A DNA stretch of 64,000 nt. Source: Octopus sinensis. Lineage: Eukaryota. The DNA is taken from positions 44,144,001-44,208,000 of the forward strand of contig NC_043015.1 in NCBI RefSeq assembly GCF_006345805.1. Reading direction: 5' to 3'. Shown here piece after piece: positions 26,251 to 39,894 of the stretch. Under the pieces are notes generated by a model. It had not been told where the DNA came from. It searched no databases and saw only the letters and a program-made list of their open reading frames with translations. Position 1 is the first letter of the stretch; every line of letters begins with the position of its first letter. Made by a program: the position numbers and the translations under genes.

Positions 26251-27327
26251 TTTCATTCTAGACCTAATTTCAGTTAGCATGGGACTACTTCCATTTATTG
26301 GAGACCCACGATTAGATTTACTCATTTCAATAACCACCCACCCCGTTAACAAAATTTATTTAACACATTAATATTAACTTCACACCTCTCTTTTACTTTG
26401 TATTTTCTTGTAGTTTGTATTGCAGTTAGCGCTTTCTACGAACTAGTATTTTTGTTAGTTGTATTAATATGTGCATGGAAGTGCAATTGTGGACGGTCCC
26501 ATATGTATGCACGCAAGTCTCGACGAAGGGATGGACAAAATCCGTTGACACTTGGTTTGAAAAGTATATATTCTGGATTTGATGTCATTATACAAGACAC
26601 AGAGAAACAGAGAAGAGAGGAAGCGAGAGAGAGAGAGAGAGAGAGGGGGAGAAAAAAGAAAAAGAAAATGAGAGAAAGAGAGAGAGACAGAACGAGAGTT
26701 TTCCCAGCTGTTTGTGTCGTTTCCAATCTATAAGATGTTGCTTGTGTTAGATTTGATTTAGAACTTTAGAGTTGCTATAATATCGCCTGGAACTTACACG
26801 TTGACAAAGTGCTGGTATAAATGATCTGGGGAGCGCAATAATTGTTACAGCAACAAATTACTTTAGTATCTGTCTGTTATTTAGCCGGACCATAGGTATC
26901 TTTTTATTTTGGATTTTCTGTTGAGTAGGGTATTTGCAACTAGATGTTTTCTGGGGTTCGATCTTACGTGCAGCACTTGATTAGATGTCTTCCATTATAT
27001 CCTTGCGTTACAAAAATGTCCTACATTGTTCACAACCAACAACTTGTAGTCTCAAAAGTAAAGCATAAGTACAACACATAGATGAAAAGAACTCAGTCGT
27101 AGGAGATTGTCAGAGCTGTTACTTTAACAAAAAAACCCGTCAGAAAAATAGACTGATGTACCAATATTTGAAGATAATCGTCACAGCTATTATTCATATT
27201 GCAGTAACTCAAGAAAAGACACAGGGAGTCAAGTACAGGGACGTTAACATTGTCAATTATGCAGCTTTACACGCATCTGCTTGAAACTGGAAAGGGACAT
27301 CCATGCGGCATGGCAAGAATAATTATT

Positions 27328-27806
27328 ACACTTCTCGAAAGAGTTCAGAAGCTGGCTACCCGCATGGTTCTTGGTCTCAAGCATTTGTCTTATGAAGAAA
27401 GGCTGAAGACGCTCGACCTTTATTCTCTAGAAAAACGACGACGTCGTGGTGATCTCATTCTCGCTCACAACATCATAAGCGGAAAGTGTAACCTCTCGAA
27501 AGAGCTGTTCTTCACTCCTGCTCCAGAGCGTCGGCTGCGGGGTCACTCCGTAAAGCTGTATCTGCGACGATTTCATCTCAATCGAAGGAGAGGGGCTTTC
27601 TTCGTCCGGGTTGCGGATCTGTGGAATAAGCTGCCGGACGAGATAGTGAAGATGCCGACGACCGCTCGGTTCAAAGTCTCTCTTGACCAGAAATGGCCTG
27701 AACACTTTACATGAACACCACCCTGTACATAACTCCATGTCCCTCTACATGGTCTTGCTTTTTGCTTTTTGAGCCAAAAAATTAACTAACAAACTAACTA
27801 ACTAAC
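27328..27806 (+). mobile_element. 5'-truncated CR1-type LINE: ORF2 C-terminus with (AACT)n tail
   Basis: LLERVQKLATRMV..LSYEERLKTLDLYSLEKRRRRGDLI...LRGH..KL...FFVRVADLWNKLP, stop at 27714; short UTR; TAAC repeats. Confidence 0.92.
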
Positions 27807-29071
27807 AACAATAGGAACATCAACAAATTCTTGCAGACAGCAGCACGGATAAACTAATAGGAATACTTCCAATAAAAGCTGATAAAACTTGGGGACAGCT
27901 TCAACATATTGTTTGTGTCAGTGGTCTATAACTAAACAAACGAACGATTTTTAGCTAGAAATCTTTACGTTTGTTTCCAAATCTTCTATTGAAAAATTCT
28001 GTATGTGCTGTGTGTGAAGGAGTCGATGTAACAGAAGAATGTGGAAATTTATATAGAGAGAATACTTATACACTTTTTGAGCTACACTTGGCGTTAGAAT
28101 TTTGTATCTTTACAGAATCGAATATCTTTTTGCAGATTTTTCCATCTTATTCTGAAACTCAGCTCTTTTATCTGCAAAAATATGCAAGTGAAAATACAAA
28201 AAAAGAAAAACATTTTCTCAGTATTTCTTTCTTAGTTAACAAAAGTGCGTGGAACTCCTAAGACACACCTACACCGTATAGCAATTGTAGCAACAACAGC
28301 AAGAACAACAATACCAACAAACATGATGATGGCGACGACTGTGATAACAAGAAAAATATCATGACATCATCATCATCATCATCATCATCGCCATTCTCAT
28401 CAACAAAAGACCATCTATATCAATGGTAAGAGTAATAATAATAAATCTCCAATGTAAATAGGATACTATTACTTATTGAAAGTATCATTCGCTATCACGG
28501 ACGAAAGAAAAAGAAGTCGAATAAAAGGAAAGAAAGCAAAAAATTATTTAAAAAAAAAGCACGGAAGAAACAACAAAAAAAAAACATGATAAAAAAAAAG
28601 AGAAAAAAAAAGCACGGAACAGAAAAGAAATAAGATGCTGATTTATCTGTGATCGAAGATAGCATTCAGAGTCAACATCGCTATTGATTTTCGCGTTCTC
28701 TTATCTTATATTTGCAAAATGTGTGTTCTTTTGGAATAAAAGATATTATGGAAGAGGTGCTAGTTGATCAATACCAGTAGATTAACTCGCATTTCGTTCT
28801 TTCCAGATGAAGGAGTGTTCCAACCATGACTTTAGATTCTATAATCAAATATTCATTGATACAATGACAAACAAATTATTTCCCTATAATTCTTATTTTC
28901 TCTGTGGTCATACAGCTGAATTATGAACCCATGATAGTCCAATAGAAATGGTTATTGATTTCTTTCCAGTTGATACAAGACTGCTTATTCTAAAAAAAAT
29001 AAAATAAAAAAATAAAGTGTTTCTGTATAAGTATAGTCGATAGAACTGATACCAATATATTACTGGTGTTA

Positions 29072-29504
29072 CGCCGGACAAAATGCTTAGCAGCATTTCG
29101 TCCGTCTTTTCTGTCTGAATTAAAATTCTGCCGCGGTAGACTCTGCCTGTCACCTTTTCGAGTGTGATGAAATAAGTACCGGTTGAGCACTGGGGTCGAT
29201 ATCGTCGACTTAATCCCTTCCTTGAATTTGCTGACTTTGTGCCAAAATTTGAAACCAATATATTATTGTTGTTAAGGGGGCAAACTGGCAGAATCGTTAG
29301 CACGCTGGGCGAAATGCTTAGCAGTATTTCGTCTACCGTTACATTCTGAGTTCAAATTCCGCCGAGGTCGACTTTGCCTTTCATCCATTCGGGGTCGATT
29401 AAATAAGTACCAGTTACGCACGGGGGTCGATGCAATCTAAGCAATCCCTTTGTCTGTCCCTGTTCTTCCCCTCTGTTTAGCCCCCTGCGGCCAATAAAGA
29501 AATA
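29072..29504 (+). mobile_element. Composite of two family B SINEs inside one 18-bp TSD
   Basis: AATATRTTACTGGTGTTA at 29054-29071 and 29505-29522. Confidence 0.85.
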
Positions 29505-29920
29505 AATATGTTACTGGTGTTATGAACCAAGCCGGTGATATATGTTCGATTCCTGGTCATAGCTGTTTCATTTGTCTTCACGCTTCATATCACAGCGCAT
29601 CTCATTTTGATGTTGTGTAATGGTTATTGAACCGCAGGTCATTCTTCATTTATCTGACGTTACCGGCCAGCTGTTACACCCCATCTTGATCCAAATATAT
29701 TGACCCCCATCCCCTATTTTAACAAAGTAGGATGTGATTTAGTGGAAATTGAGCTGCTGTTTCTAATAAGTCCTGCAACTGTGTAGCGAGCCGCTCCCTA
29801 AATTGTCAAACACGGTCCATTTAAGTGATATCTTTCATCACACACACACACACGAAAAAAAATAATAAAAACGAAATAGAGCAATAAGTTACATGTTCAT
29901 CACTCATCCTAACTTTCAGA

Positions 29921-30000
29921 GAAGGCTCGTGGCATAGTGATTAGGGCTGTTCGACTCACGATCAAAGTATTGTAGGTTCGTTTCTGGACTAGGTAGCACT
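29921..30000 (+). mobile_element. Diverged D-type SINE head
   Basis: GAAGGCTCGTGGCATAGTGATTAGGG...CACGATC...GGTTCG. Confidence 0.6.
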
Positions 30001-30441
30001 TAATTCCATTTTGTTCTCTCCCTCCTGCTGTTAAGTCCTGGACGTATCGCCAGGGAAGTAGGGAGTAGGAGTTGAGAAATTCTTTATCTCCTCACGATTA
30101 CGTAGAGACATAAAACAAGAATTAGTGAAAGAATGGTGCATGTTACATAGCCATACATGTATGTAAATAACAGCTGGCGTTTTATTTCAATAATGAAGAG
30201 CGAAGTCAACTCACCCTGGATTGGGACACACACACACACACATATATATATAGTAGAAACATAAAAATATAAAAGGAGCCAAAATACTTGAGATTCAGTG
30301 TACACAACGTGGCAAATTATGAGTTGAAAATATGTAGAAAACATATAAAAAGTGGAAGAGAAATGCCTTCGTTTCACACAGTTTAATATATTTTTATAAA
30401 GGAAAATTTGTATATAGTATATATACATATTTTATGGATGT

Positions 30442-30479
<38 letters not shown>

Positions 30480-31240
30480 ATGTGTGTATGAATATACGTA
30501 AGTATAAGTGTGTATATATCAACAATTTTAACTATGTATTAGGCTTATAATAAAATAGTTAATACATATGCGACTATACATATATATGGATAGTTATATA
30601 TATGCATGTGTGTATGTTTGCTCGCGAGCCTGTGTGTTTGTGTATAAATCTCCTATTAAATATAACTTATCATTTTATTCTAAAATGAACTCAATGTCAC
30701 TTGTCAAGGCCGAACCAATTCCCAGTAATAAACAAGTCTGTGTTTGTATGAGTTTTATTATTGAAAACACGAAAATACATAATTTGTATCATATCTCAAA
30801 TAAATTTGTTGATAAATGAAATGTGTGGGTGAGTGAGTGTACAAACGTCATTATTTCAAGTTGGATGATATACATACATACATATATTTCATACCATACG
30901 TGATATATACATGCTAACAAAATAATTTTAATATTTGGAAAATATTGACAGAATACGAAAGTAGCAGATGTCTCCTAGACTGACTTAAATAAGTTAGGCA
31001 GTTTGTTTAATGAATTAGCCCAACATTACGAGGCAAAAAGCAAACTGTATTTCCCCCATCGAATCTATTCAATATTACATCGCAGACACAAATAATGATA
31101 ATATAATTAATAGAAATATGGTTTGTTTATATATTTCCGCTACAAATATCATAGAAGCGTAATATATATATATATATATATATTATATTATATATATATA
31201 TATATGAAATATATATCAACTCGTGTGTTCTTTTTCACCC

Positions 31241-31285
<45 letters not shown>

Positions 31286-31344
31286 ATATATATATATATA
31301 TAGATATATATGTATATATATATATATATGTATATGTATATATA

Positions 31345-31394
<50 letters not shown>

Positions 31395-31526
31395 ATATAT
31401 ATTCCATATTCGGAGAAGTCAGTCTAAATTAATTTGTAGTTCTGAATTCAAAACTGATAATCGTCTTTTTTCTTATCACACACACACTTATGAAGTTATA
31501 ATTGAAATAAATTGCTTTTCCATGTA

Positions 31527-32410
31527 CAGGGTGGGTGGAAACTAACTAGGCAGTAGCAATTGCTTATAGAATTTTTCGTATCACTGAAGTCATTACGAAA
31601 ACATGTTTTAAAAAGACGACACTTATGGGGGAGTCTTATTTTCTTATAATCTTATTTCTTATTTTCCAGATGGCCGGTCGCTCGACTTTTCAGGCGCGAG
31701 CTAAGATAGTAGCATACTATGAAGTATGGAATTCCATTGTTTCAGTTCAGAGATGGTGGCGTGCATGGAAAGGTAAGCATGCAACACTACATCCAGAGAC
31801 AATATAAAGATGTCCTGCAAAGCTGATGACCACGGGTTCTGTAAACTATGCAAGAAGTGGCCGGCTAACCACATCCCGATCAGCGGAGAACGTGGCAGTA
31901 GTTCAAGAAATGCTTAAATGCAGCCCGTAAAAATCAACATATCAAGCAGCTCGTGAAAGTGGACTAACAAAACATGCGATATGTACGGTGTTGCATAAAG
32001 AATTGAATTTTCCTCCGTGGAAACCTCATTATGTGCAGGAGCTAAAACCCGAAGACTGTGACCGCAGAAGTCCAGAAGTCCAGATCTCGCTTTCATGTGA
32101 TCTTTACCTGTGAGGCTTACACAAAAAGGAGGTGTACAAGACAAAACCGCGCACACTGCAGGACTTGGAGACACGGATTCAGGAGATCCTCCATGATATC
32201 CCAGACGACGTCCTTCGGAAGGTTGTTCATTCCATCCTTGGCCGTTTGAGGAAACTGGTTGACGCCACTGGTGATAACATTGAAATATGAAGATTTACTT
32301 TCATTTTCCCATGTAATTAAGAACATGTATAATTTGTTTCAATAAATTTGTAAAAGGAATATGGAGTTTATTACCAAATTTTAATGCCTACTTTCTTTTC
32401 ACACACCCTG
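31527..32410 (+). mobile_element. Internally deleted Tc1/mariner-superfamily transposon (rosa/DD41D-like, DUF4817-like N-terminus)
   Basis: TA-flanked TIRs CAGGGTG.GTG.AAA....TAGGCA; ATG 31670 MAGRSTFQARAKIV...SGR.TTSRS.ENV...VQELKPEDC, then RSPDL..CD.YL*G...EVYKTKPRTLQDLETRI, stop at 32290; catalytic core deleted, so the subfamily call is by resemblance. Confidence 0.88.
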
Positions 32411-32626
32411 TATATTGCTGTTTCTAAACTTGCTTTGAAGACGAATCCCATAAACTGACGATTTTTACAGGAAATCTTTTGATGTGTATTCTATGAACTT
32501 GTATAACTTACCTGCGAATATTCATTATTCGGCTATTGTCTTTTGGCGATTTCACATATAAGTTGCCGCAGACGGGCCTCTTAACTAAATGACCATACTG
32601 CCGAGTATACATGACACGTGCAACGA

Positions 32627-32890
32627 TCTCTCTCTATATATAAACGGCAAAATGTATGTCTGTGTGTGTGTCCTTTATACAAATCCACAATTTTTCAGTT
32701 AGAGAGCTCGCACTTTCTATGGTCATTCAAAACTGTCCAAGGGTGGTCATGCACATCTTTACATTTCCCCCCAGTCACACCGCAAAGCCATTAAAAAATT
32801 TTGACAGTACTCGCGTGTATGTGCGCACGCACGCAGCTGTATATGTATGCACTAGCTCTATGACCTGGCGTTGCCGGGTCATAGCGCTAG
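32627..32890 (+). mobile_element. Non-autonomous Helitron
   Basis: A|TC start, subterminal hairpin CTATGACCTGG-CGTTG-CCGGGTCATAG, CTAG|T end, no TSD; related end fragment at 63813-63837. Confidence 0.8.
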
Positions 32891-33492
32891 TATATATATA
32901 TATAAAGGACCATATACTTTAATCCGAACGCTAACAAGCACGAACAGATAGTGATACACATACATACATGCCTATATATACACAAACTCACGCATAGGAA
33001 TACATACATACATGCATACATATAGATAAGACCACATCTGGATATGCAGATATTCACACATACGCTTACAACAGAAATAATAATAATCTCTAAATAAAGA
33101 CGTTATTTCTTTGTATGCGTGCATTCAGTTACTCGTTGTAAATGTCCCACATTTATTTATAAACAAACACCGTTTCTTCTATTCAGTTCATTGATAAAGT
33201 TGGCCTATATTCATCGAGGAACAAACACAAAATATTTAACCTTGATAACCCAAAATAATAGCTGCTTCTCAAGATATGTTATTTCTTTTTTGTTAATTAC
33301 TATTGATTTTTTTTAGTCCTATATTTCACCTCCAATGTCATCTGATTCGAATAACAGTTTACTTTACACTACCAACACAGCACAGTAAGAACATGTAGAG
33401 ACAATCGGAGATAAAAACTGCAGGAAAATGATTCGCATGACAAATACACACAAACTCACCCATACTCATGTATGTGCAAACAGATACTGAAA

Positions 33493-33716
33493 AAGTAATA
33501 CCTGTCCATATCGCGTTTCACCTATCGCGGTTTATTATTTAAGCCTACGTCGATTCCCACGTGGTGTTCTTTTGCATTCGTAATCAAATAAATATATACA
33601 AATTTTAGAAACAACAACAAAAAGATATACAGTACAAGACGGTTTCTAGTTCGCGGATTTTCATCTATTGCGCGGGGTTTTGTAACGTAATACCCACGAT
33701 ATTCGCGGGGTTACTG
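33493..33716 (-). mobile_element. Tigger/pogo-like MITE (uninterrupted copy)
   Basis: Homologous to 56762-57369 minus the Helitron; CAGT terminus next to TA. Confidence 0.75.
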
Positions 33717-33854
33717 TACTCAAATCAGTGATAAAATGTGTATGGACGTATTTACATAGACGCACACGCATGTACGTACATAGTCTATTTACACACATAC
33801 CTACGTACGTATGTATGTATGTATGTATGTATGTATGTATGTATGTATGTATGT

Positions 33855-34085
33855 TATTTCTTTATTGCCCACGAGGGGCTAAACATAGAGGGGACAAACA
33901 AGGACAGACAAGGGGATTAAGACGATTACATCGACCCCAGTGCGTAACTGGTACTTAATTTATCGACCCCAAAAGGATGAAAGGCAAAGTCGACCTCGGC
34001 GGAATTTGAACTCAGAACGTAATGACAGACGAAATACGGCTACGCATTTCGCCCGGCGTGCTAACGTTTCTGCCAGCTCGCCGCC
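33855..34085 (-). mobile_element. SINE family B monomer in a (TATG)n tract
   Basis: Near-consensus copy. Confidence 0.92.
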
Positions 34086-34520
34086 TTTTGTAGGCATGTA
34101 TGTATGTATGTATGTATGTATGTATGTATGTATGTATGTATGTATGTATGTATGTATGTATGTATGTATGTATGTATGTATGTATGTATGTATCTATTTG
34201 TCTGCCTGTCCGCATTAATCCTTTTTGTTTATGGTATTTTTTCTTCAGTGATACTTTTTTGTATTTCGGTTTCGCTCTTTGTCCATGGGATGCTAAAAAT
34301 ACGTATGAAGGTTTAAACAAAAGGAAACTAAAGCTGATAAACCAGTGTTCTCGACCCTTCTCACCCGATGACTTACAATTATTGTTGGATCATATGAACA
34401 CAATGATGTGTATAATATGTGTAACATTCAGCAATTACCAACAGATAATGGTGCGATGAAACAATTGTAGTGATTAGGATTAAAACCTGTTCTTTCCATC
34501 TTCTTGAAATTCTTTTGCAT

Positions 34521-34860
34521 AAACAATTGCAGCGTGGAAAGTGTTTATAAACCATTTAAGAAACACACAAAAACCGTTAGATTCACTTCAACATTTAAAT
34601 TTAATTTTTCAAAATATTTTCGTCCCTTTGTGACCACTACCTGTTCACTGACAAAATTCCGTGCTGCATCTCTTTTGTCAGTGAACAGGTCGCGGTCTCA
34701 AAGCTACGAAAATATTTTGACAAATTAAATTTAAATGTTGAAGTGAATCTAACGGTTTTTGTGTGTTTCTTAAATGGCTTATAAACACCTTCCATGCTGC
34801 AATTGTTTTCTTTCCAGCACACGATCTCAGACCAGGTCACTAGCTATGCAAGTACATCTC
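34521..34860. mobile_element. Head-to-head pair of a ~200-bp repeat (Penelope pseudo-LTR-like), forming a ~135-bp inverted repeat
   Basis: 34521-34656 is the reverse complement of 34673-34808; solo copy at 57981-58180. Confidence 0.8.
34674..34724 (+). ncRNA. Candidate minimal type I hammerhead ribozyme, G3-C8 core variant
   Basis: Stem I TTTGTCA/TGACAAA, core GTGAACA, stem II GTCGC/GCTAC, GAAA, palindromic stem III AATATT. Confidence 0.6.
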
Positions 34861-35029
34861 CGTATTTGTTTTGTATAAATTCTGTAGATATTCACAGATT
34901 CCCACATGTATAACAAGTGAAAAGAGAAATCCTGCTGGAAGATAGAATTTGATAGCCGATACTACCAGAGGAGCTTTATAAAGCAATTTATAAGGTTATT
35001 CCGCAGAATCATTGGAACATCATAAAAAT

Positions 35030-35175
35030 AGCTCTGCGGTATTTGCTTCTGATTCTTCTTCACGTTCTGAGTTTAAATTCCGCTGAGGTCGATTTGCCGT
35101 CCATTCTTTCGGATTCGATGTAATCTACATGACCCCTCCCATACGACCTACTGGCCTAGTGCCAAAATTTGAACC
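35030..35175 (+). mobile_element. Diverged SINE family B
   Basis: GTTCTGAGTTTAAATTCCGCTGAGGTCG...GCCAAAATTTGAACC. Confidence 0.7.
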
Positions 35176-35187
35176 GTTATTATAAAT

Positions 35188-35334
35188 GCGCAGGCGTGTG
35201 GTAAGAAGCTTGCTTCCCAACCACATGCTAGCGGGTTCAGTCTCACTGCGTGGTGGCACCTTGGGTAAGACTCTTCTATCATAGCCTCAGGTTGTGAGTG
35301 AATTTGCTAGACGGAAACTGAAAGAAGCCTGTCG

Positions 35335-35340
<6 letters not shown>
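35188..35340 (+). mobile_element. SINE family A head with internal deletion
   Basis: Partial family A match. Confidence 0.8.
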
Positions 35341-35380
<40 letters not shown>

Positions 35381-35384
<4 letters not shown>

Positions 35385-35552
35385 GGTGTGTTGTGGATTT
35401 ATGGAAATAAATTTCATAGAACTCAACAATTTTGCTAAAAATGTAGAAGACATGTTAAAACATGAGAATTTTAACATCTTCTCTTGTCCACTTTTAAACA
35501 AAATTGTTGAGTTTTAGGGGATTTCTTTCCACAATTCACAACACACCATATA
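35381..35552. mobile_element. ~170-bp palindromic MITE-like element
   Basis: ATATGGTGTGTTGTG/CACAACACACCATAT and ACTCAACAATTTTG/CAAAATTGTTGAGT; TA flanks. Confidence 0.7.
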
Positions 35553-35672
35553 CAAGTAATATTTTCACATTCGCAAAATTATGCCAGTAAGTTACCAGCA
35601 AAAATGAAGAATCAATATTCGAAATCATTTTTTTGGGAAAACTCCAAATTATTGGACGATTCTAATACAATC

Positions 35673-35723
<51 letters not shown>

Positions 35724-36084
35724 GTATGTATACTACCATCATTTTCTTAATGATGAAATTAACCTCTCTGTCTATATATCTACCCTCTTTGTAATGTTGG
35801 CAAATGAAATAAATATAAGAATGTGCATTGTCCGTTTAATTGGAAAATTCTATATGTGGCTGAAGATTGCTCGACATTTTAAAACTGATGTAATACTTAC
35901 AGTGTTTAATAAAGTGAAGTAGCATGAAACAATTGCACTACACTACCTTGGATATCCTTGTTGCTTATTTTGATTATAAAGGCCCCATTTGATTTATATG
36001 GATAATACCATACAAAATTCTGGTGCCTTTAACTTAAGTACCATATTCATCTGAATCTAAATTTTGCTGAACTTATATATATAA

Positions 36085-36203
<119 letters not shown>

Positions 36204-36570
36204 TATACATATATATATATATATACATATATATATACATATATATTTATGTGTATGCATATATAAGTGTATTTATGTATACATTCTATTTCTTAACAGC
36301 TGAACAGTAGGTGTTTACATGTTCTCATTAGAACTTTCGACAGCAAATTACCATAAATTCTTAACGGGGGATAATTGTTTTGCGTCAAATTTTATATACT
36401 AAGACACTGCTGTGTTATAATACAATTACAACAGTAAAGTGCATAGTTATGTTCCAGGCTTGTAAACATTGATTGATAATGTGTTATGTGTTAGAGCATG
36501 GCTTGTCGTTGTGGAGACTGTATCTATGCTTATGTCGAATAGTGTATAATTTAATATATACAGTTTATGA

Positions 36571-36782
36571 TGAGCTGACAAAATTGTTAAAACGCCGGTA
36601 AAAATGCTTAGCTGAATTTCGTCCGTCGTTACATTTTGAGTTCAAATTCCGCCGAGGTCAACTGTGCCTTTCACTTTTTCAGGAGTCTATAAAATAAGAA
36701 CCTGTTTTGTACACTGGGGTTGATATAATTGATTTAATCTCTTCCTTGTGGTTGCTGTCCTTTTGCCAAAATTTGAAACCGA
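36571..36782 (+). mobile_element. SINE family B, older subfamily (CCAAAATTTGAAACC tail)
   Basis: Body match; tail as at 29260. Confidence 0.8.
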
Positions 36783-36931
36783 TATATGTTTTTTCCGATA
36801 TTATATCATGGAAAAGGACTTTTGAATGAGAAAAATACATTTCTTAATGTATATATTATATATATTCATATTAAAAAGAGGTTGCTCTACATTATGTCAC
36901 TATTACTAAATTTTATATTCCGTTAAAATAA

Positions 36932-38153
36932 AAGGGTGCATAAGGTATTTGAGATCATATCTTTTTTCGGGTCATTGCTCCATTTTTTGCTAAATCTGTA
37001 TACTATTTGTTTCAGAAAATAATAATGGCAAACCCTCAGCATACTCAAAAAATGATGAGGCATGCTGTTATTGTGGTTATAAAGGCTTATTTAGAAATAT
37101 CTCGAGTTTTACAAGTTGCCAGATTTTTCGTCTATAATGTTTGTAAGGAGCTAGAGATTGAAGATGGAAACCTATCACCCGTATCAAAGCATAAAAAGCA
37201 TTCTAAACGATCTGAAATAATCGGAAATACCTGGATTTATGCAGCAAGATCAATAGACCATTGATTACAATCGTAGAAGGTCCATGAGGTCAATTGCTAA
37301 AGATCTCCATGTATTAGAAATGTTCTCCACAAAGTCATCGGATATAAGTTTTATATGATGTGGAAAGGTCAATTTGTCCGAAAAAGCAAACAAAAATTAC
37401 TACATCAGATTTAAAGGTTCTTAAAACAAACTGAAAAATCCAGCTGGAGAAGATTTCATTTGGCTTTTGTCAAACGAGAAAAACTTCGATCAAGATCAAA
37501 AAGTAAACAGAAAGAAATGACAGCTGGTTTAAGTGCAGACCCTTCTGAAGTTCCAAGTATTATTCAAACAAAATTTCATGCAACTGTCATGATTTTGGGG
37601 GTTGTTCGCAATGGAGGACATGTGATGCCTCCTTACTTCTTTCCACAAGGTCTTAGAGTTCACTCTGCCACCTACATTGGGTTACTGGAAATAATTGTTA
37701 AGTCCTATATAGACAGTGTAAGCAAGGGGAGGTCATATGGGTTCTAGGAAGACTCTGAGCTATCACACATGGCTCTAATAACACAGGAATGGATGGCTGA
37801 AAATGTTCATGATCACATAACCCCTAACATTTGGTGTCCTACTTCACCAGATCTCAATCCATTACATGTAGAGTGTTGTTAAGAGAGAGGTCAATGAACA
37901 CGCCCATAACACCAGTACTCAGAGTAATGTCCAAAATGAACCAGGACCATTTGATTCAAGAATGTAGGTGATTTAGATCTCATATAGAAGCAGTTGTTGA
38001 AGCTGAAGGTGGTTTTATTGAATAACATTATAGAAAAGACTGTTTATTTTTATCCTCATAGCATTCTTTGATAAATAAAGTTATTATCTGTTATTATATA
38101 TGTTATTTTTTTTTATAAACACCAATCTGTCCTCAAATATCTTACGCACCATG
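36932..38153 (+). mobile_element. Decayed full-length maT/DD37D Tc1-mariner transposon
   Basis: TIRs GGTGCRTAAGRTATTTGAG; TKFHATVMILGVV..GHVMPPYFFPQGLRV...F*EDSE...W.P.SPDLNPL, with 37 residues counted after the second Asp (the third Asp itself is lost); ends IEAVVEAEGGFIE*. Confidence 0.9.
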
Positions 38154-39069
38154 TTAATGGTTTCGTGTCATTTCTGGAGTCTGTTGAAGAAATTCTTGTT
38201 CGGCATGTAAGGAAATATCGACTCTTATATGCGTATGTGAAAAATTACCACTGTCCAAAGTTCACTCTAGAACGCTGACTAGAAATGTTAATATGGAAAA
38301 CGTCTTAATTATGCATAGATTACAGAATGATACTATATATAATATTAGTGTTTGCTTTGACATAAAAGATCGATAGTAACATTGTAAGCTTAATGTATTA
38401 TTTCTTAAATACGCATTTTGGTGAGGCAGGCTAGTATCGAAGTGTCATTCTATACGTTGTAAAGTGAAATCTCATTTTCAATAGATTTCAGTTTATGCGA
38501 TCTAATCTATACTATTTTGATCAATTTTACATTTCATTTTGGCTACGTAGATAAATGATTTCTTTTTTTCCGAGGTAATTAAAAGCAGATATGAAATTGC
38601 TGAATGACAATTTCAATTGGGACGATAGTTATTTTGGTTTTGCTGATTAAAATGATTATTTTCATTTAATTAATAAATGATTAAAATTTTGACGTATTTC
38701 GTTACATGGATAGCTAACTTTTTATTTTATTTTATTTTATGTTGAAGAATTTTCTATTTGTATATTTGGAAGAATACTCAAACTTACAATATTGACATAT
38801 ATAATATTTTTACGGCGATCTGGCAATGATTCAATACGGTATATAAAACTAAATAATTTTTTCTGCACTTTAATTTATTCCTGCACGTTATTAGTATTTC
38901 GTACTGTTATTAAAACAACCGACAATCCAGTGGATTCTTATATAAATATGTACTACTAATTTCAACGAGGGGTTCATCCTAAGAGATATGCAAGATCTTT
39001 TCGGCAAATTCTGATAAATGCATCACAAGACGTATGACAAGTAGTTAGAATTGTGATAAAAATATATTC

Positions 39070-39430
39070 ATTTCTACTCTAGGTACAAGGCCCAAAATTT
39101 TTGAAGAAGGGGTCGAGTCGATTAGATCGACCCCAGTACGCAACTAGTACTTAATTTATCGACACCCGAAAAGGATGAGAGGCAAAGTTGACCACGGCGG
39201 AATTTGAACTCAAAACGTAAGCTGGCAGAATCGTTAGCACGTCAGGCGAAATGCTTAGCGGCATTTCATCTACCACTACGTTCTGAGATCAAATTCTACC
39301 GGCGTTGACTTTGCTTGTCATCCTTTCGGGTCCTATAAATTAAGTACCAGTCAAGTTTTGGGGTCTATGTGGTCGATGTGGTCGACACTCTCTCCCAAAA
39401 TTTCAGACCTTTTGCATACAGTTGAAAAGG
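39070..39430. mobile_element. Two family B SINEs head to head (minus 39070-39220, plus 39221-39430)
   Basis: Opposite-strand body matches abut at 39220/39221. Confidence 0.8.
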
Positions 39431-39643
39431 ATTATCTGCGATAGGAGAGAATGTTCATCGAATACTACAAATTGTAATAGTTTTGTTAGGCAAGAACAGT
39501 GGTATATAATAACGAATTTGATGAGTGTATATTTTCATTTATTACGTATACAGCTTCATTGCTGTCATCAGAACATTTGATGACGACGACTAAATCGCAA
39601 GTTCGAAGTTACACTAACACTTTTCAAACAAAAATTAATAATA

Positions 39644-39828
39644 GGCGCAGGGGTGGCTGACCAACCCCATGGTTCTGGGTTCAATTCCAGTGCATGGTAT
39701 CTTGGGCAAGTGTCTTCTACTGTAGCCTCGGGCCGACCAAAGCCTTGTGAGTGGATTTGGTAGACTGAAACTGGAAGAAACCCGTCGTATATATATGTAT
39801 ATGCATATATATATATATAATATATATA

Positions 39829-39894
<66 letters not shown>

